Below, one piece after another: positions 13,421-25,655 of a stretch of 64,000 bases of DNA (position 1 is its first letter; each line of letters begins with the position of its first letter). Both the position numbers and the translations under genes were made by a program. The notes beneath the pieces are model-generated. The model was not told the origin of the DNA, ran no database searches, and saw only the letters and a program-made list of their open reading frames with translations. Origin of the DNA: Mobula hypostoma (Eukaryota); contig NC_086108.1 in NCBI RefSeq assembly GCF_963921235.1, forward strand, positions 71,984,001-72,048,000, written 5' to 3'.

Positions 13421-14167
13421 ACTGGGTCTCCCCAGGCTTCACTGTCATGTGAATCAAGCTCACAGCTGGTTGTCCTTGCCTTTTCTGTTGTTCCTTCATT
13501 GCAGTAAAACCACTAGCATCCTGGTAACTAAGAAAAACAAGGCAACACACCTTAATAGCTACCATTTAGTGGATATGATATGCAAGATCATGAACTTGTT
13601 CAAGAGTCTGGTCATGGCATGCGTTAACTCCAGTCTCCCAGACAACCATAACTCACTGAAATTTGCCTACCATCAAAACAAGTCTACATCAGCTACTTTC
13701 TCCCTGGCCCTTCACTTTTCTTTGGGGCATCTGGACAGTAAAACAACTTATAAGACAATAATATATTGGAGCAGAATTATGCCAACTGGCCCATTGAGTC
13801 TGCACGCCATTTCATTAAAGCTGATCCATTTTTCCTCTCAGCTTGAATCTCCTCCCTCTCCCCAAGGAGGACAGGGACGACCGCGCATTGGAGCATCGAC
13901 TCCTTTCCTGGACGTTACCTTTTCTATTCTTTGACAGTTCACGGGTGGTCAGGGTAGCACGTAGATAGGCACACAGGTAGTTACTTGTGTAAATTCACAT
14001 GCTCTTTGTTTCAAACACGCAACGTATTTATCAGTAAGTACAGATCCTCTCTGTGCCTAACTGATCATTACTATTAAGGGCTAATCCTGGTAACAATTTA
14101 ATATTTCAGGTAAGAGACTGTTTGTCAGAAGTGGCCAGCAGAACTGACAAAGGGTCTTCAGTCTGAC

Positions 14168-14550
14168 GTAGAACATAAGACAGTACAGCACAGGAACAGG
14201 CCTTACAGCCCATCATGTTGTGCTAAATTAATTATGTTAATGACTAATCAAATTAATCCATTCTACCATATCTTGGATCTTCTGCATAATCACATTCTCA
14301 TCTAGGAACTTCTTAAACAATTCTTCTATATGTGTCTCTGCCATCACCCCGGCAGTGCATTTGACAGACCCACCACCCTCTGTGTAAATTTTTTCTCCTT
14401 TGAACTTTCCTCCTCTCATCTTCAATGCATGCCCTCGAGCATTAGACATTTCAGCTGTGGGGGGAAAAAGGCTGTCTGCTCTATCTATGCCTCTCATAAT
14501 CTTATAAACCTCTATCAAGTCTGCTCTTAGCCTTCAGAGCAAACAACCAT
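14168..14550 (-). mobile_element. CR1 LINE 3' fragment
   Basis: Minus ORF 14237..14518 LIEVYKIMRGIDR..ARGHALKMRGGKFKG. Confidence 0.85.
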
Positions 14551-14554
14551 AGAG

Positions 14555-15750
14555 TAGACCATAAAACCATAAGATACAGGAACAGAATTAGGCCATTTGG
14601 CCCATCGAGTCTGTTCTGCCATTTCATCACGGCTGATCCATTTTCCTTCCCAGCCCCAGTCTCCTGCCTTCACCCCTATATCCCTTCATGCCTTGACCAA
14701 TCAAAAATCTATCAACTTCTGCCTTAAATATACATAATGACTTGGCCTCCTCAGCTGTCACTGGCAATGAATTTCACAGATTCATCACTCTCTGGCTGAA
14801 GAAGTTTCACTTCATCTCCATTCTAAAAGGATGCCCCTCTATTCTGAGGCTGTGTTCTCTGGTCTTAGACACTCCCACCATAGGAACTATCCTTTCAGCA
14901 TTCACTCTATCAAGGCCTTTCATCGTTCGATAGGTTTCAATTAGGTCACCACTCTTTCTTCTGAATTCCAGTAAATTCCAGAGCCATCAAACACTCTGCA
15001 TAACAACAGCTGTTTAATCCTGGAATTATTTTTGTGAACCTCCTTTGAACCCTCTCCAGTTTCAGCACATCCTTTCTAAGAAAAGGGGCCCAAAATTGCA
15101 CCCAGTACTCTAAGTGAGACCTTGCCAGTGCTTTATAAAGGCTCAATGTTACATCCTTGCTTTTATATTTTAGTCCTCTTGAATTGAATGGTAACATTGC
15201 ATCTGCCTTCCTCACCTCAGACTCACCCAGCAATTTAACCTTTATGGAATCTTGCACAAAGACTCCCAAATCCCTTTGCACCTCAGTCTTTTTTTGTATT
15301 TTCTGTCCATTTAGTCAACCCTTTCATTTCTTCTGCCAAAGTGCATGACCATATACTTCCCGACATTGTATTCCATCTGCCACTTTTCCCATTCTTCCAA
15401 TCTGTCTCAGTCCTTCTGTAGCCTTCCTATTTCCTGAAAACTACCTGCCCCTCTTTGTATTGTCTGCAAACTTTGCAACAAAGGCATCAATTCCATTACG
15501 CAAATTATTGACATATAATGTAAAGAGAATCCGTCCCTACATAGACCTCTGTGGGACACCATTAGTCACTGGTAGCCAGCCAGAAAAGACTCCCTATATT
15601 CCCAGTCTTTGCCTCCTACCAATCAGCCCCTGCTTTACCTATGCCAGAATCTTCCCTTTAATACCATAGGCTTGTAGCTTGTTAAGCAGCCTTATTTGTG
15701 GCACCTTGTCAAAGGCCTTCTGAAAATCCGAGTACACAACATCAACCGAT
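14555..15750 (-). mobile_element. CR1 LINE 3' fragment
   Basis: Minus ORF 14946..15281 QRDLGV..LYKALARSHLEY.VQFWAP..LERVQRRFTK, with a (TATGGTTT)-type tail at about 14555. Confidence 0.9.
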
Positions 15751-17449
15751 AATCTAAGTTAGATTTTTTAAATTGACTACAGCTTTGCGTTCAATACTAT
15801 AATTCCAAACAAACTCACTTCCAAACTCCTGGACCCAGGACTTAACACTTTCTTGAACTGGATTCATGACTTCCTGACTAGCAGATTACAATCAGTAAGG
15901 ATGGGTTTTAACCCTTGCACCATGATTATCCTCAGCATTCATGACCCACAAGGCTATGTCCTCATTCTCCTTCTCTACTGCCTATACCCTCATGACTGCT
16001 TGGCCAGGTTCCCCTCTAACTCCATCTAAACTGTGTAGGTGATACCAGCGTAGTTGTCCCTATCTCAAATAATGATGAGTCAGAATACAGGAAGGAGATA
16101 GAGTGCCTAGTGACAATGTATCATGACACCAATCTTTCCTTCAATGTCAGCAAATCAAAAGGGCTGTACAGTAGTTATTGACTTCAGGAAGTTGGGGGGG
16201 AAGGCACATGCTCCTGTTTACATCAGCTGTGCTGAGGTCATGATGGTCGAGAACTTCAAGTTCCTAGGAATGAAGCTTATTGATAATCTGACCAAGTCCA
16301 ACCACAATGATGCTGCAGCCGGGAAAGCTCAGCATCATCTCTACTTCCCCAGGAGGCCAAGGGTATGTGCCCACTTTGAACCGCACCAATTTCTATTGCT
16401 GCACCATAGAAAGCGTCCTATCATACAACTTGGTGTGGCAATTGCTCCACTCATGAGTGCAGAGAGTTGTGGACACAGCTCAGCCCATCATGGAAACCAG
16501 TCTCCTCTCAGTGGACTTCTCGCTGCCTTAGTAAAGCATCCAGCAGAATCAAAGGACCCACCCCGGGCATTCTCTCTCCTTTCCATCAGCCAGAAGATAC
16601 AAAAGCCTGAAAGCATGCACCACCAGACTCAAAGACAGCTTCTATCTCTCTGGTATAAGACTATTGAACAGTTCCCTATTTCAATACAATTGACTCTTGA
16701 CCTCACAATCTACCTCATATGTCCACCTGCACCATACTTTCTTTGTAACTGTAAAACTTTATTCTGTAGTTTGTTATTGTTTTACGTTGTACTACTCCAA
16801 TGCACTTGTAATGAATGGTATGCCAGACACATTTTTCACTGTAACCTGGTACATGTGGCAGTAATAAACCATTTTTACAATTTAGATGTTTCCCAGAAAC
16901 CACCCAGTTAATTTAAGTCTTGTACAAAGGCATGGTCCTGTAAGCCCCAGTAAAATCAGTGGGCAATGACAGAGAAATGCATGGTCAACTAATAACTCTA
17001 TTGTCTAGAAATGGTGGGAGAATTGTGATCTAGGAGTTAACTGGTGGGGTAAGCATTAGGGAACTGCATGAGCATAACAGTATTGCAAAGTATTCCCTTT
17101 AGCTTGTTTCTTCTATCAGATATCAACTGGCCTTCAACTGGCAGTAGTCATGGAAAAACAGTAGGGAGTGAAGAGGAGTGGTGGCAGAGTGAGTGAGATC
17201 ATTCAGTATGGGATTAGAAATCAGGAGCCAATGGAGAAGTGTCAGATCCTTGGAGATTATTCAGCACCTAACTCCCTGGCCAGGAACAGACCCATTAAGG
17301 AACTTAGGAGGAGAAGATCTCCTCCAATGTTCAAGCTTTGCCAATTGAAAAAAAGATGCAGAAGTAATACTGAATGTGCTTTTTCAAAAAATATTGCACA
17401 GTCTTAAACTTCTATTAGCCTGGTTACCACTGGGTGAGACAAGGTAAAA

Positions 17450-19086
17450 TGCAAACACAAGAAAATCTGCAGATGCTAGAATTTCAAGCAACACACATAA
17501 AAGTTGCTGGTGAGCGCAGCAGGCCAGGCAGCATCTCTAGGAAGAGGTACAGTCGACATTTCGGGCCGAGACCCTTCGTCAGGACTAACTGAAAGAAGAT
17601 CTAGTAAGAGATTTGAAAGTGGGAGGGGGAGGGGAAGATCCGAGAAGACAGGAGGGGGAGGGATGGAGCCAAGAGCTGGACAGTCAATTGGCAAAAGGGA
17701 TATGAGAGGATCATGGGACAGGAGGTCCGGGCAGAAAGAAAGTGGGGGGGGGGGAATCCCAGAGGATGGGCAAGGAGTATAGTAAGAGGGACAGAGGGAG
17801 AAAAAGGAGACAGAGAAAAAGAATGTGTGTATGTAAATAAATAACGGATGGGGTACGAGGGGGAGGTGGGGCGTTAAAAGAAGTTTGCGAAGTCAGTGTT
17901 CGTGCCATCAGGTTGGAGGCTACCCAGACGGAATACAAGGTGTTGTTCCTTCAACCTGAGTGTGACTTCATCCTCCACCATCAACTCTGCTCTCAAACGC
18001 ATCTCCCCCATTTCACGTACATCTGCTCTCACTCCATCCTCCCGCCACCCCACTAGGAATAGGGTTCCCCTGGTCCTCACCTACCCCACCCCACCAACCT
18101 CCGGGTCCAACATATTATTCTCCGTAACTTCCGCCACCTCCAATGGGATCCCACCACTAAGCACATCTTCACATCTTTCCCTCCCGCCCCCCCCCCGCTT
18201 TCCACAGGGATTGCTCCCTACGCGACTCCCTTGTCCATTCGTCCCCCCCATCCTCCCCACTGATCTCCCTCCTGGCACTTATCCTTGTAAGTGGAACAAG
18301 GGCTACACATGCCCTTACACTTCCTCCCTCAACACCATTCAGGGCCCCAGACAGTCCTTCCAGGTGAGGCGACACTTCACCTGTGAGTCGGCTGGGGTGA
18401 TATACTGCGTCCGGTGCTCTCGGTGCGGCCTTCTATATATTGGCGAGACCCGACGCAGACTGGGAGATTGTTTTGCTGAACACCTACATTCTGTCTGCCA
18501 GAGAAAGCAGGATCTCCCAATGGCCATACATTATAATTCCACGTCCCATTCCCATTCTGATATGTCCATCCACGGCCTCCTCTACTGTAAAGATGAAACC
18601 ACACTCAGGTTGGAGGAACAACACCTTATATTCCATCTGGGTAGCCTCCAACCTGATGGCACGAACATTAACTTCTCAAACTTCCGCTAATGCCTCACCT
18701 CCCCCTCGTACCCCATCCGTTATTTATTTATATACACACATTCTTTTTCTCTCTCTCTTCTTTTTTTCCCTCTGTCCCTCTCATTATACCCCTTGCCCAT
18801 CTTCTGGGCTCCCCCCCCCCTTTTCTTTCTCCCTAGGCCTTCTGTCCCATTATCCTCTCATATCCCTTTTGCCAATCAACTGTCCAGCTCTTGGCTCCAT
18901 CCCTCCCACTCGTGTCTTCTCCTATCATTTTGGATCTCCCTCTCCCCCTCCCACTTTCAAATCTCTTACTAGCTGTTCTTTCAGTTAGTCTTGACGAAGG
19001 GTCTCGGCCCGAAATGTCGACTGTACCTCTTCCTATAGATGCTGCCTGGCCTGCTGCGTTCACCAGCAACTTTTATGTGTGTTGCT
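17450..19086. mobile_element. Penelope-like element (Neptune-type GIY-YIG), inverted 3' arm plus direct arm
   Basis: The plus arm (about 17970-19086) encodes C..C..C and VIYCVRCSRCGLLYIGETRRRLGD.FAEH (GIY-YIG). The minus arm (17450 to about 17970) is a reverse copy of its 3' end. TSD TGAGACAAGGTAAAA at 17435-17449 and 19087-19101. Confidence 0.95.
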
Positions 19087-19961
19087 TGAGACAAGGTAAA
19101 ACATCACTTGTATAACACAATTGAACAGTCATTTGTTAATTCAATGTGTACTGCTGCTTGAGAACATGTCTCATCATTGATTTATCAACTTGTACTGTTG
19201 AGGCTCCTTCTCTGCTGGAAAAAGTAATTTTTATGAATCCTATTTGTTGTAAATGTATTGTTGTTTCCATACACCATCCTTTGTTTCTAAACACTGATTG
19301 AAAAGTGATAAGATATTATGTATATGTGTGCATCATGTTGGAGTGACATTCTCTAGGGACATCATGGCTCTAGAGGCTGCTAGGCATGCATAGTGATGTC
19401 TACTATTACATAACATATGGTTAGCATTACCTGTGCAATTTATTTTCCAGTTGATGGCGTTTGAACACTGTAGGGAAACCTATCAAAGACCTTCATTTTC
19501 CTGGGGGTAGAGTAGTGAATAATCTACAAGGATGTATCAATTTCCATTGGTTCCTGTTCTCTATTTCCAATATGAATGACCTCACTGACTCTGCTGTCAC
19601 TGGCTTTCATTCCCTGCCATTGTCTCCTTGATCCCACTTCCTGACAATTGATCTCCTCTTTGGTATTCTTCATCTTCAGTCTGACCTCCAGACTTCTTCC
19701 TGAGTCCCCTCCTTGAATTCCCATTTCTTGCTCTCCATCTCTAATTAACACTCCATTCTGTAATCAGCTAAGCAACTCATTCCAAGCTTTCCTTCATGTC
19801 TCTCCCCACCTCAGTCATCTCCCTGCACTCATGCCCCGTGATCTTCTCTGCATGCTCATCTTCCATTTCCTATCCATACAGCAATGCCACAATGTGAATT
19901 TCTAGCCCATTGTACTTGTATACTACTTTAGCATGTTCTTATGGCTTTGCTAAGTGCTTAC

Positions 19962-20002
19962 ATCTGATGCATGATCTTGGACTGGAGTCACTTTTATGTT
20001 GG
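19962..20002 (-). other. Candidate 41-nt small exon of an unidentified host gene
   Basis: On the minus strand: a long polypyrimidine tract, then ...GCATGCAAACTAG|exon|GTAAGC, in unique non-repeat sequence. Confidence 0.35.
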
Positions 20003-21229
20003 CTAGTTTGCATGCCGCACGATCAGAAATAGAGTGGAGAAAGAGCGAGGGAAAGAAAGTGAGCAGAGTCCTTGCATCAAGATTTATTGAAGGAATTCTT
20101 AAACAGATTAATTTTATTATTAAAGATGTCATTCTGTATACCATCGCTGCTGACTTTGAAGAATTAACCAGTTCTTGTAAAAGACAAAAGAGTTGGTGAA
20201 ATGTATGTAGAGACAGAAGAGTTTGATCTCCACACAAATATAAGGGGCGATATATGGATTCAGTTAGTAGAAATCTCTGATAATGTACAAGAGCTAGCTC
20301 CCTGCATTTTAAATGACCCTGAATTGCTGAATATAGCTGTATACAATGGGATTCAGGAAATTGAATAGAATGTTGCCCTCCAGTTATTGTTAGGACTCTT
20401 ATATTAATTCACTCAGATATTGAGTGAAAACAGAAACAGCTCAAAATTACTGAAAACCAGGGAACTGGAAGTTTTTCTATACCTTTTCCTGCACCTTGGC
20501 ACAAATTCTTCAGGAAATGCCGGAGTTAATTTTGAGAAATATGTGTTTTAACTGTAATGCTTTAGTTGATGTACAACCCTAATACATTCACAACGTGCAG
20601 AGACAAAGAAAGGAAAAACCTCATGATGAGCTGCTGTTCATTTATTGACCTCAACAGCACATTCTGTCCTTCAATGACTATACCATTTGGACCCTTCATA
20701 CCTGAAATCATTCTCCAGTGTCTAGCTAAACCAAGGCTGTTTCAGCAATTAATCTTTCACAAGGGAAGTCTGTGACTGCCAAAGAATTCCTAACTTCACT
20801 TGCTGCTCCAAGTTTTGCAGTGTCCATTTTGCCAGTCAGCACAACAGCATGTGGAAACTATCAAACACAAATGGTGCGAGATCTCCAGTGACCGGCTCAT
20901 TCTCCATGTAAAGCTTCTGATGGGTCTGTTAACTCTTAAAGAGACACAGTTGCTGATTTACCAGAACCTGGAGACAGGCAGCTCAGTGTAACTGAAGCTT
21001 AGGGAGCTGACGACTGTAATCCCTTCAATGATCAGAGCCTGAAAGTATCTAGAGTGCCCCTGGAGAAACTGTATCTTGAGCCACATCATAAATCTTCTCC
21101 TGGAGTATGGTATGAATGCTCTCATACACTGCTAATTGGAAACTACACTCATTGTTTAACCTCATTTCATCACTTGCCAATTGCTTGATACTTACTCAGA
21201 TATTCCTGAATATCAAAATAGATTACACA

Positions 21230-21710
21230 AATCAGAATCAGATTTATTATGTGACCTGAAACGGTAACTTAGCAGCAGCAGTTCAATGTAATACATAATA
21301 TAGATGATAAAAAAAAATAAAGTAAAAATAATAAGTAAGTAAATCGATTACAGTATACATATATTGAATAGATTTAAAAATGTGCAAAAACAGAAATAAT
21401 GTATATTGAAAAAAGTGAGGTAGTGTCCAAGGGTTCAATGTCTATTTAGGAATTGGATGGCAGAGGGGAAGAAGCTGTTCCTGAATTGCTGAGTGTGAGC
21501 CTTCAGGCTTCTGTACCTCCTACCTGATGGTAACAGTGAGAAAAGGGCATGCCCTGGGTGTTGGAGGTCCTTAATAATGGACACTGCCTTCCTGAGACAC
21601 CACTGCATGAAGATGTCCTGGGTACTTCGTAGGCTAGTACCCAAGATGGAGCTGACTAGATTTACAACCCTCTGCTGCTCCAGCTGCTCCCCCAAACAGC
21701 CTGTCAGAAA
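21230..21710 (-). mobile_element. Rex1/Babar-type LINE 3' fragment
   Basis: ORF 21435..21695 CLRKAVSIIKDLQHPGHALFSLLPSGRRYRSLKAHT..FRNSFFPSAI, with a TCTGAT-repeat tail. Confidence 0.9.
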
Positions 21711-21779
21711 CTAAAAGTGATCAAACACTAAATGTAATGTTCAATTCATGAATTTTGAGAATCATGAATTGAATCCTTG

Positions 21780-22878
21780 GAGACTTGGTAGACTGGGCTC
21801 AAAATTGCTTTGTCCTTGGGAGACAGCGGGCACCTGTGGAAGGGTGCTATTCTGCTGGGAGCTTTGTGAGTAGTGGCATTCCGCTGATGGAAATTTCAGA
21901 TACAGGCCAATTTGCAAGGTCTGAAACAAAAGGAAAGCACACAATGAAAGGTAGGACCCTTCAGAGAATTGAAGTATGGAAGGATTTTGGGAACAAGTCC
22001 ACCATTTCCTGAAAGTGGCACACAACTAGATAGAGGTGGTAAAGAAGGCATCTTTGTCAGTTGTGCTGTCAAGGATAAAATTTGGGAATTCATGTCACAG
22101 CTGCATAAAACTGGTTAGGCCACATTTGGAGCATTGTGTGCAATGTTTGTCACCACATTACACGAAGGATGTGGAGGTGTTGGAAGGGATGTAGATGACG
22201 TTAACCAGGGTGTTGCCTGAATGAGATAGTGTTAACTCTAAGGAGAGTTTGGACAAGGTTAGATCGTTTTTTCAGGGACTGAGGGATGACCTGATTATGA
22301 GGGTGTGGTAAACCATATATATGTTGTAACTGGGTTAACTGTCTGGACACGTCCCACTGCTGACTGCCCCTGTGGCTCCTCCCACAGATTCATGAATAAA
22401 TGTGTTTTTCCTTGCCCCTCCCCCTCAGTCCGGGGGAAGACACTCACCATGGAGGTCGTATTGTACAGCGAATAAAAGACTTTCGGTATTCTATCTAACC
22501 TCAGTCTTTTGAGTTATTGAAGGTGCTTCAGAGGGGCATAGAAAGGGCAGAGTTTTTTTTTCCTGAAGTGGAAATGTCAAATATTAGAGGGCATAGCTTT
22601 AAGGTCAGAGAAGGAAAGTTCAAAGGAGATTTTCAAGAGAAGTTCTTTCACACGGAGAAGTGTAAGTGCCTGGAATGTCCGCGCAGGAGAAGTGGTGGAA
22701 GCAGATAAGACTGAAGTATTCAAAAGGCATTTAAATAGGCACAGGAACAGGCAGGGAATGGAAGGGTATGGACCATTTACTGGCAGGTGGGATTAGTTTA
22801 AACTGAGATCACATACCTCACAGACTTTGTGGGCCAAAAAGCCTGTTCCTGTGCTGTGATATTCTAAGTTCTATGTTC
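21780..22878 (+). mobile_element. Old degraded CR1 LINE, interrupted by a Gypsy solo LTR
   Basis: Remnants of LVRPHLEHCVQ and RGHSFKVREGKFKG, with a TTCTAAGTTCTATG tail. Confidence 0.8.
22304..22530 (+). mobile_element. Solo LTR of the Gypsy family found at 49432
   Basis: TGTGGTAAACC...GGTGCTTCA, colinear with the LTRs at 49432 and 53675. Perfect 5-bp TSD GAGGG at 22299-22303 and 22531-22535. Confidence 0.95.
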
Positions 22879-24494
22879 CAAATATCTTCTTCTCTCTTGC
22901 GTCTTGCACAATTGTATTAGGAGCCTGAATAGAGTCAGTTCTGATATTTCCAGGCAAAATAAATAGTCCTGTCAGTGTTCATGTCTAAGATTCAATGGAA
23001 GATGTGTCGCAGCAACGCTTAATTATGGCTGCCCCCTTTAGGACAATAATGTAGGAGATGAGGAAGGGAGAATGTTTCTTATTGTGGGTCTGGAGTTGTC
23101 AGAGACATCCTGTAGATGGGCCTGTAAGTGCTACAAAATAGCTGAGTCTCCATATGAGATGATTGTAAAAAACTACTCCAGGGTTTATCAACTAGCATTC
23201 CATGAAACCCTGTTTTTCCACGAGGGGTCGCCAGGGGCTCTCTGAGAGGTCGTAATAAAAAAAACATCGTTTTTTTGAATGTCGTGCAATGCTAGTGTTT
23301 GCAGTGGTTGGCAGTGACCGAGCAGCCCCATTAGCAATCTCGTTAGATATCTCTCAGCCCAGCATGGCTGTGCGCAGTAGGACCGTGGTTACTTGGTTGA
23401 GTCCATTCTCAGTTTTTGATGTGAGATAGGGGAGGCCATTGATAATGGGTGAGCGCTGTATTGCACTGGAAGGGAGATCGGGAGACTGATGAGTGTAAAG
23501 TCTGGTTTCTGATTATTGAATGGACTCACCCAACGTGAGCTTTTAGAGGCTATTAACCCCTGTGATTTACAGACATGTCTGATGATCCAAAGTGGCGATT
23601 TTTAAAGTGGAGGTGTGAGATGGAAGAGGATGACTCTAGCCCTAGGTCTACAGACAATTCTGATAAGCTTAATGATGAAGAATTACAATCTTCTGAGTCA
23701 TTTCACTGTGTGAGTGCAAAACTGGACACAAAAAAAGACTGTCTTCACAATGAAAACTACATATCAATGGGTTTTACATGGACAGGTGATCCAAATTGTC
23801 CTATTCCCTGTGTGTGGTCTGTGGCTCCATCAAAACTGAAAAGAAACTTAACTGCAAATCACAGCCATTTGTCACATAAAAGTAATTAATGTTTTAAATG
23901 GCTATTGGAATCTCAAAACAAACAGTAAGATTTTTGTTAATAAAGTCATAGTCAGTAAAAGGAAACAGGAGGCAAGTTATTTAGTAGCAAAACTTATTAC
24001 CCAGAAAAGGTTCTCACACAGTTGGTGAGAACCTCATAATGCCAGTATGTAAAATTACAGTGGATAAAGGCTAGGTCAAGATACAGTGACAGAAATTGAA
24101 AAGGTTTCACTCTCAAACAGTATGATAAGTCAACATATTGATGACATGTCACATGATGCTGAAGAGGTTTTGTGTGATAAACTGGAAAACAACAGCTTCT
24201 CTATCCAGGTTGATGAGTCAACAAATTTCACCAATAAATGGCATGTTATAGCATTTGTAAGATTTGTAAATGATGGTGAAATCCAAGGAAACCTTTTCTG
24301 TTGCAAAGTGCTGCCTGAAACAAGCAAAGGCCAAGATATATTTAATGTTTTGTCTTCATATCTGGAAACAAAAGGTCTGTCTTGGAGGAACTGTGTTGGC
24401 ATCTGTACTGATGGTGCCCCATCAATGGTTGGCTTCATCAGAGGTTTTGTTTCTCTTGTAAAAAAAAAGGGAAATCCTGACATTGTCACAACAA

Positions 24495-25018
24495 TATACA
24501 CAAAAAACTCAATAAGCCAGGCAGCATCTATGGAAAAAAGTACAATGGACGTTTTGGGCTGAAACCCTTTGGTAGAACTGGAGAAAAAAGTTGAGGAGTA
24601 GATTTAAAAGGTGGGGTAGGGGAGAGAGAAACATGATGTGATAGGTGAAACCAGGAGGGGGAGGGATGGAGTAAAGAGCTGGGAAGTTGATTGGTGAAAG
24701 AGATACAGGCTGGAGAAGGGGTAGTCCTATAGGAAAGAACAGAATGCAGTGAATAAAAGAAATGTGGGGGGGGGGAAGAAGCACTAGACGGAGTCAATGG
24801 GCAGGCAAGGAGATAAGGTAAGAGAGGGAAAAGGGGATGGGAAATGGTGAAGGAGGTGGGGGAGCATTACCAGAAGTTTGAGAAATTGATGTTCATGCGA
24901 TCAGGTCAGAGGCTACCCAGATGGAATGTAAGGTGTTGTTCCTTCAACCTGAGTGTGGACTCATCGCGACAGTAGGGGAGGCCATGGATTGACATATTGG
25001 AATGGGAATTGGAAGTGA
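24495..25018 (-). mobile_element. PLE 3' fragment inserted in the hAT transposase
   Basis: Minus strand is homologous to the PLE end (TLRLKEQHL.FHLGSL.PD.MNINFSNF) plus the pLTR tail. Confidence 0.85.
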
Positions 25019-25375
25019 TCATTCATGGGAAAGCAATGAACATTTTGCTGCAGTTTTCAACTTCTTACATGTGTGAGCAAGCTTTTCCTTGTGTAACAAG
25101 CATCAAGAGCAAGGATAGAAATTGTCTCATTTCAATTGAAGGTGAAAGCCATCTGTGTTTATCTCAAATTGGACCCAGAATAGAGTATTAGTGAAGCAAA
25201 AACAAGCACAGGTTTCACATGCTAGGCCTGTATTTGAACCTGATTACGTCATTTAGTAAGAAAACATTTTTTTTCAAAATCTTGTATAAAATTGTCTTAG
25301 GATATATTTTTATTCATATTGCTTTGGCTTATGGTTTTTAGTAACTTTACTATTCAACATTGTCAATAAATTTTC

Positions 25376-25655
25376 ATGCAACACACATGCAAGTTGCCGG
25401 TGAACACAGCAGGCCAGGCAGCATCTCTAGGAAGAAGTACAGTCGACGTTTTGGGCAGAGACCCTTCGTCAGGACTAACTGAAAGAAGAGCTAGTAAGAG
25501 ATTTGAAAGGGGGAGGGGGAGATCCAAAAATAGGAGAAGACGGGGAGGGATGGAGCCAAGAGCTGGACAGTTGATTGGCAAAAGGGATATGAGAGGATTA
25601 TGGGAAAGGAGGCCTAGGGAGAAGGAAAAAGGGGATGGGGGAGAAAATCCAGGAT
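25376..25655 (-). mobile_element. PLE pLTR fragment, same subfamily as 17450
   Basis: Closely similar to 17488-17770. Confidence 0.9.

Larger units (their letters stand above)
13520..16880 (+). mobile_element. Degraded Rex1/Babar-type LINE split by later CR1 insertions (pieces at about 13520-13760 and 15770-16880)
   Basis: Pieces encode ..LKFAYHQNKST..SLALH..L.HLD, then DYSFAFNTIIP, FKFLG..KAQHHLYF and the 3' region. The RT order continues across the gap. Confidence 0.75.

Noticed and set aside
16123..16911. 262-aa ORF as a host gene
   Set aside because: It is a frame-wandering remnant of the Rex-type LINE 3' region.
24086..24562. Domesticated ZBED5/SCAND3-like gene
   Set aside because: It has multiple stops and frameshifts, an internal deletion, a PLE insertion and residual TIRs, so it is a dead hAT copy.
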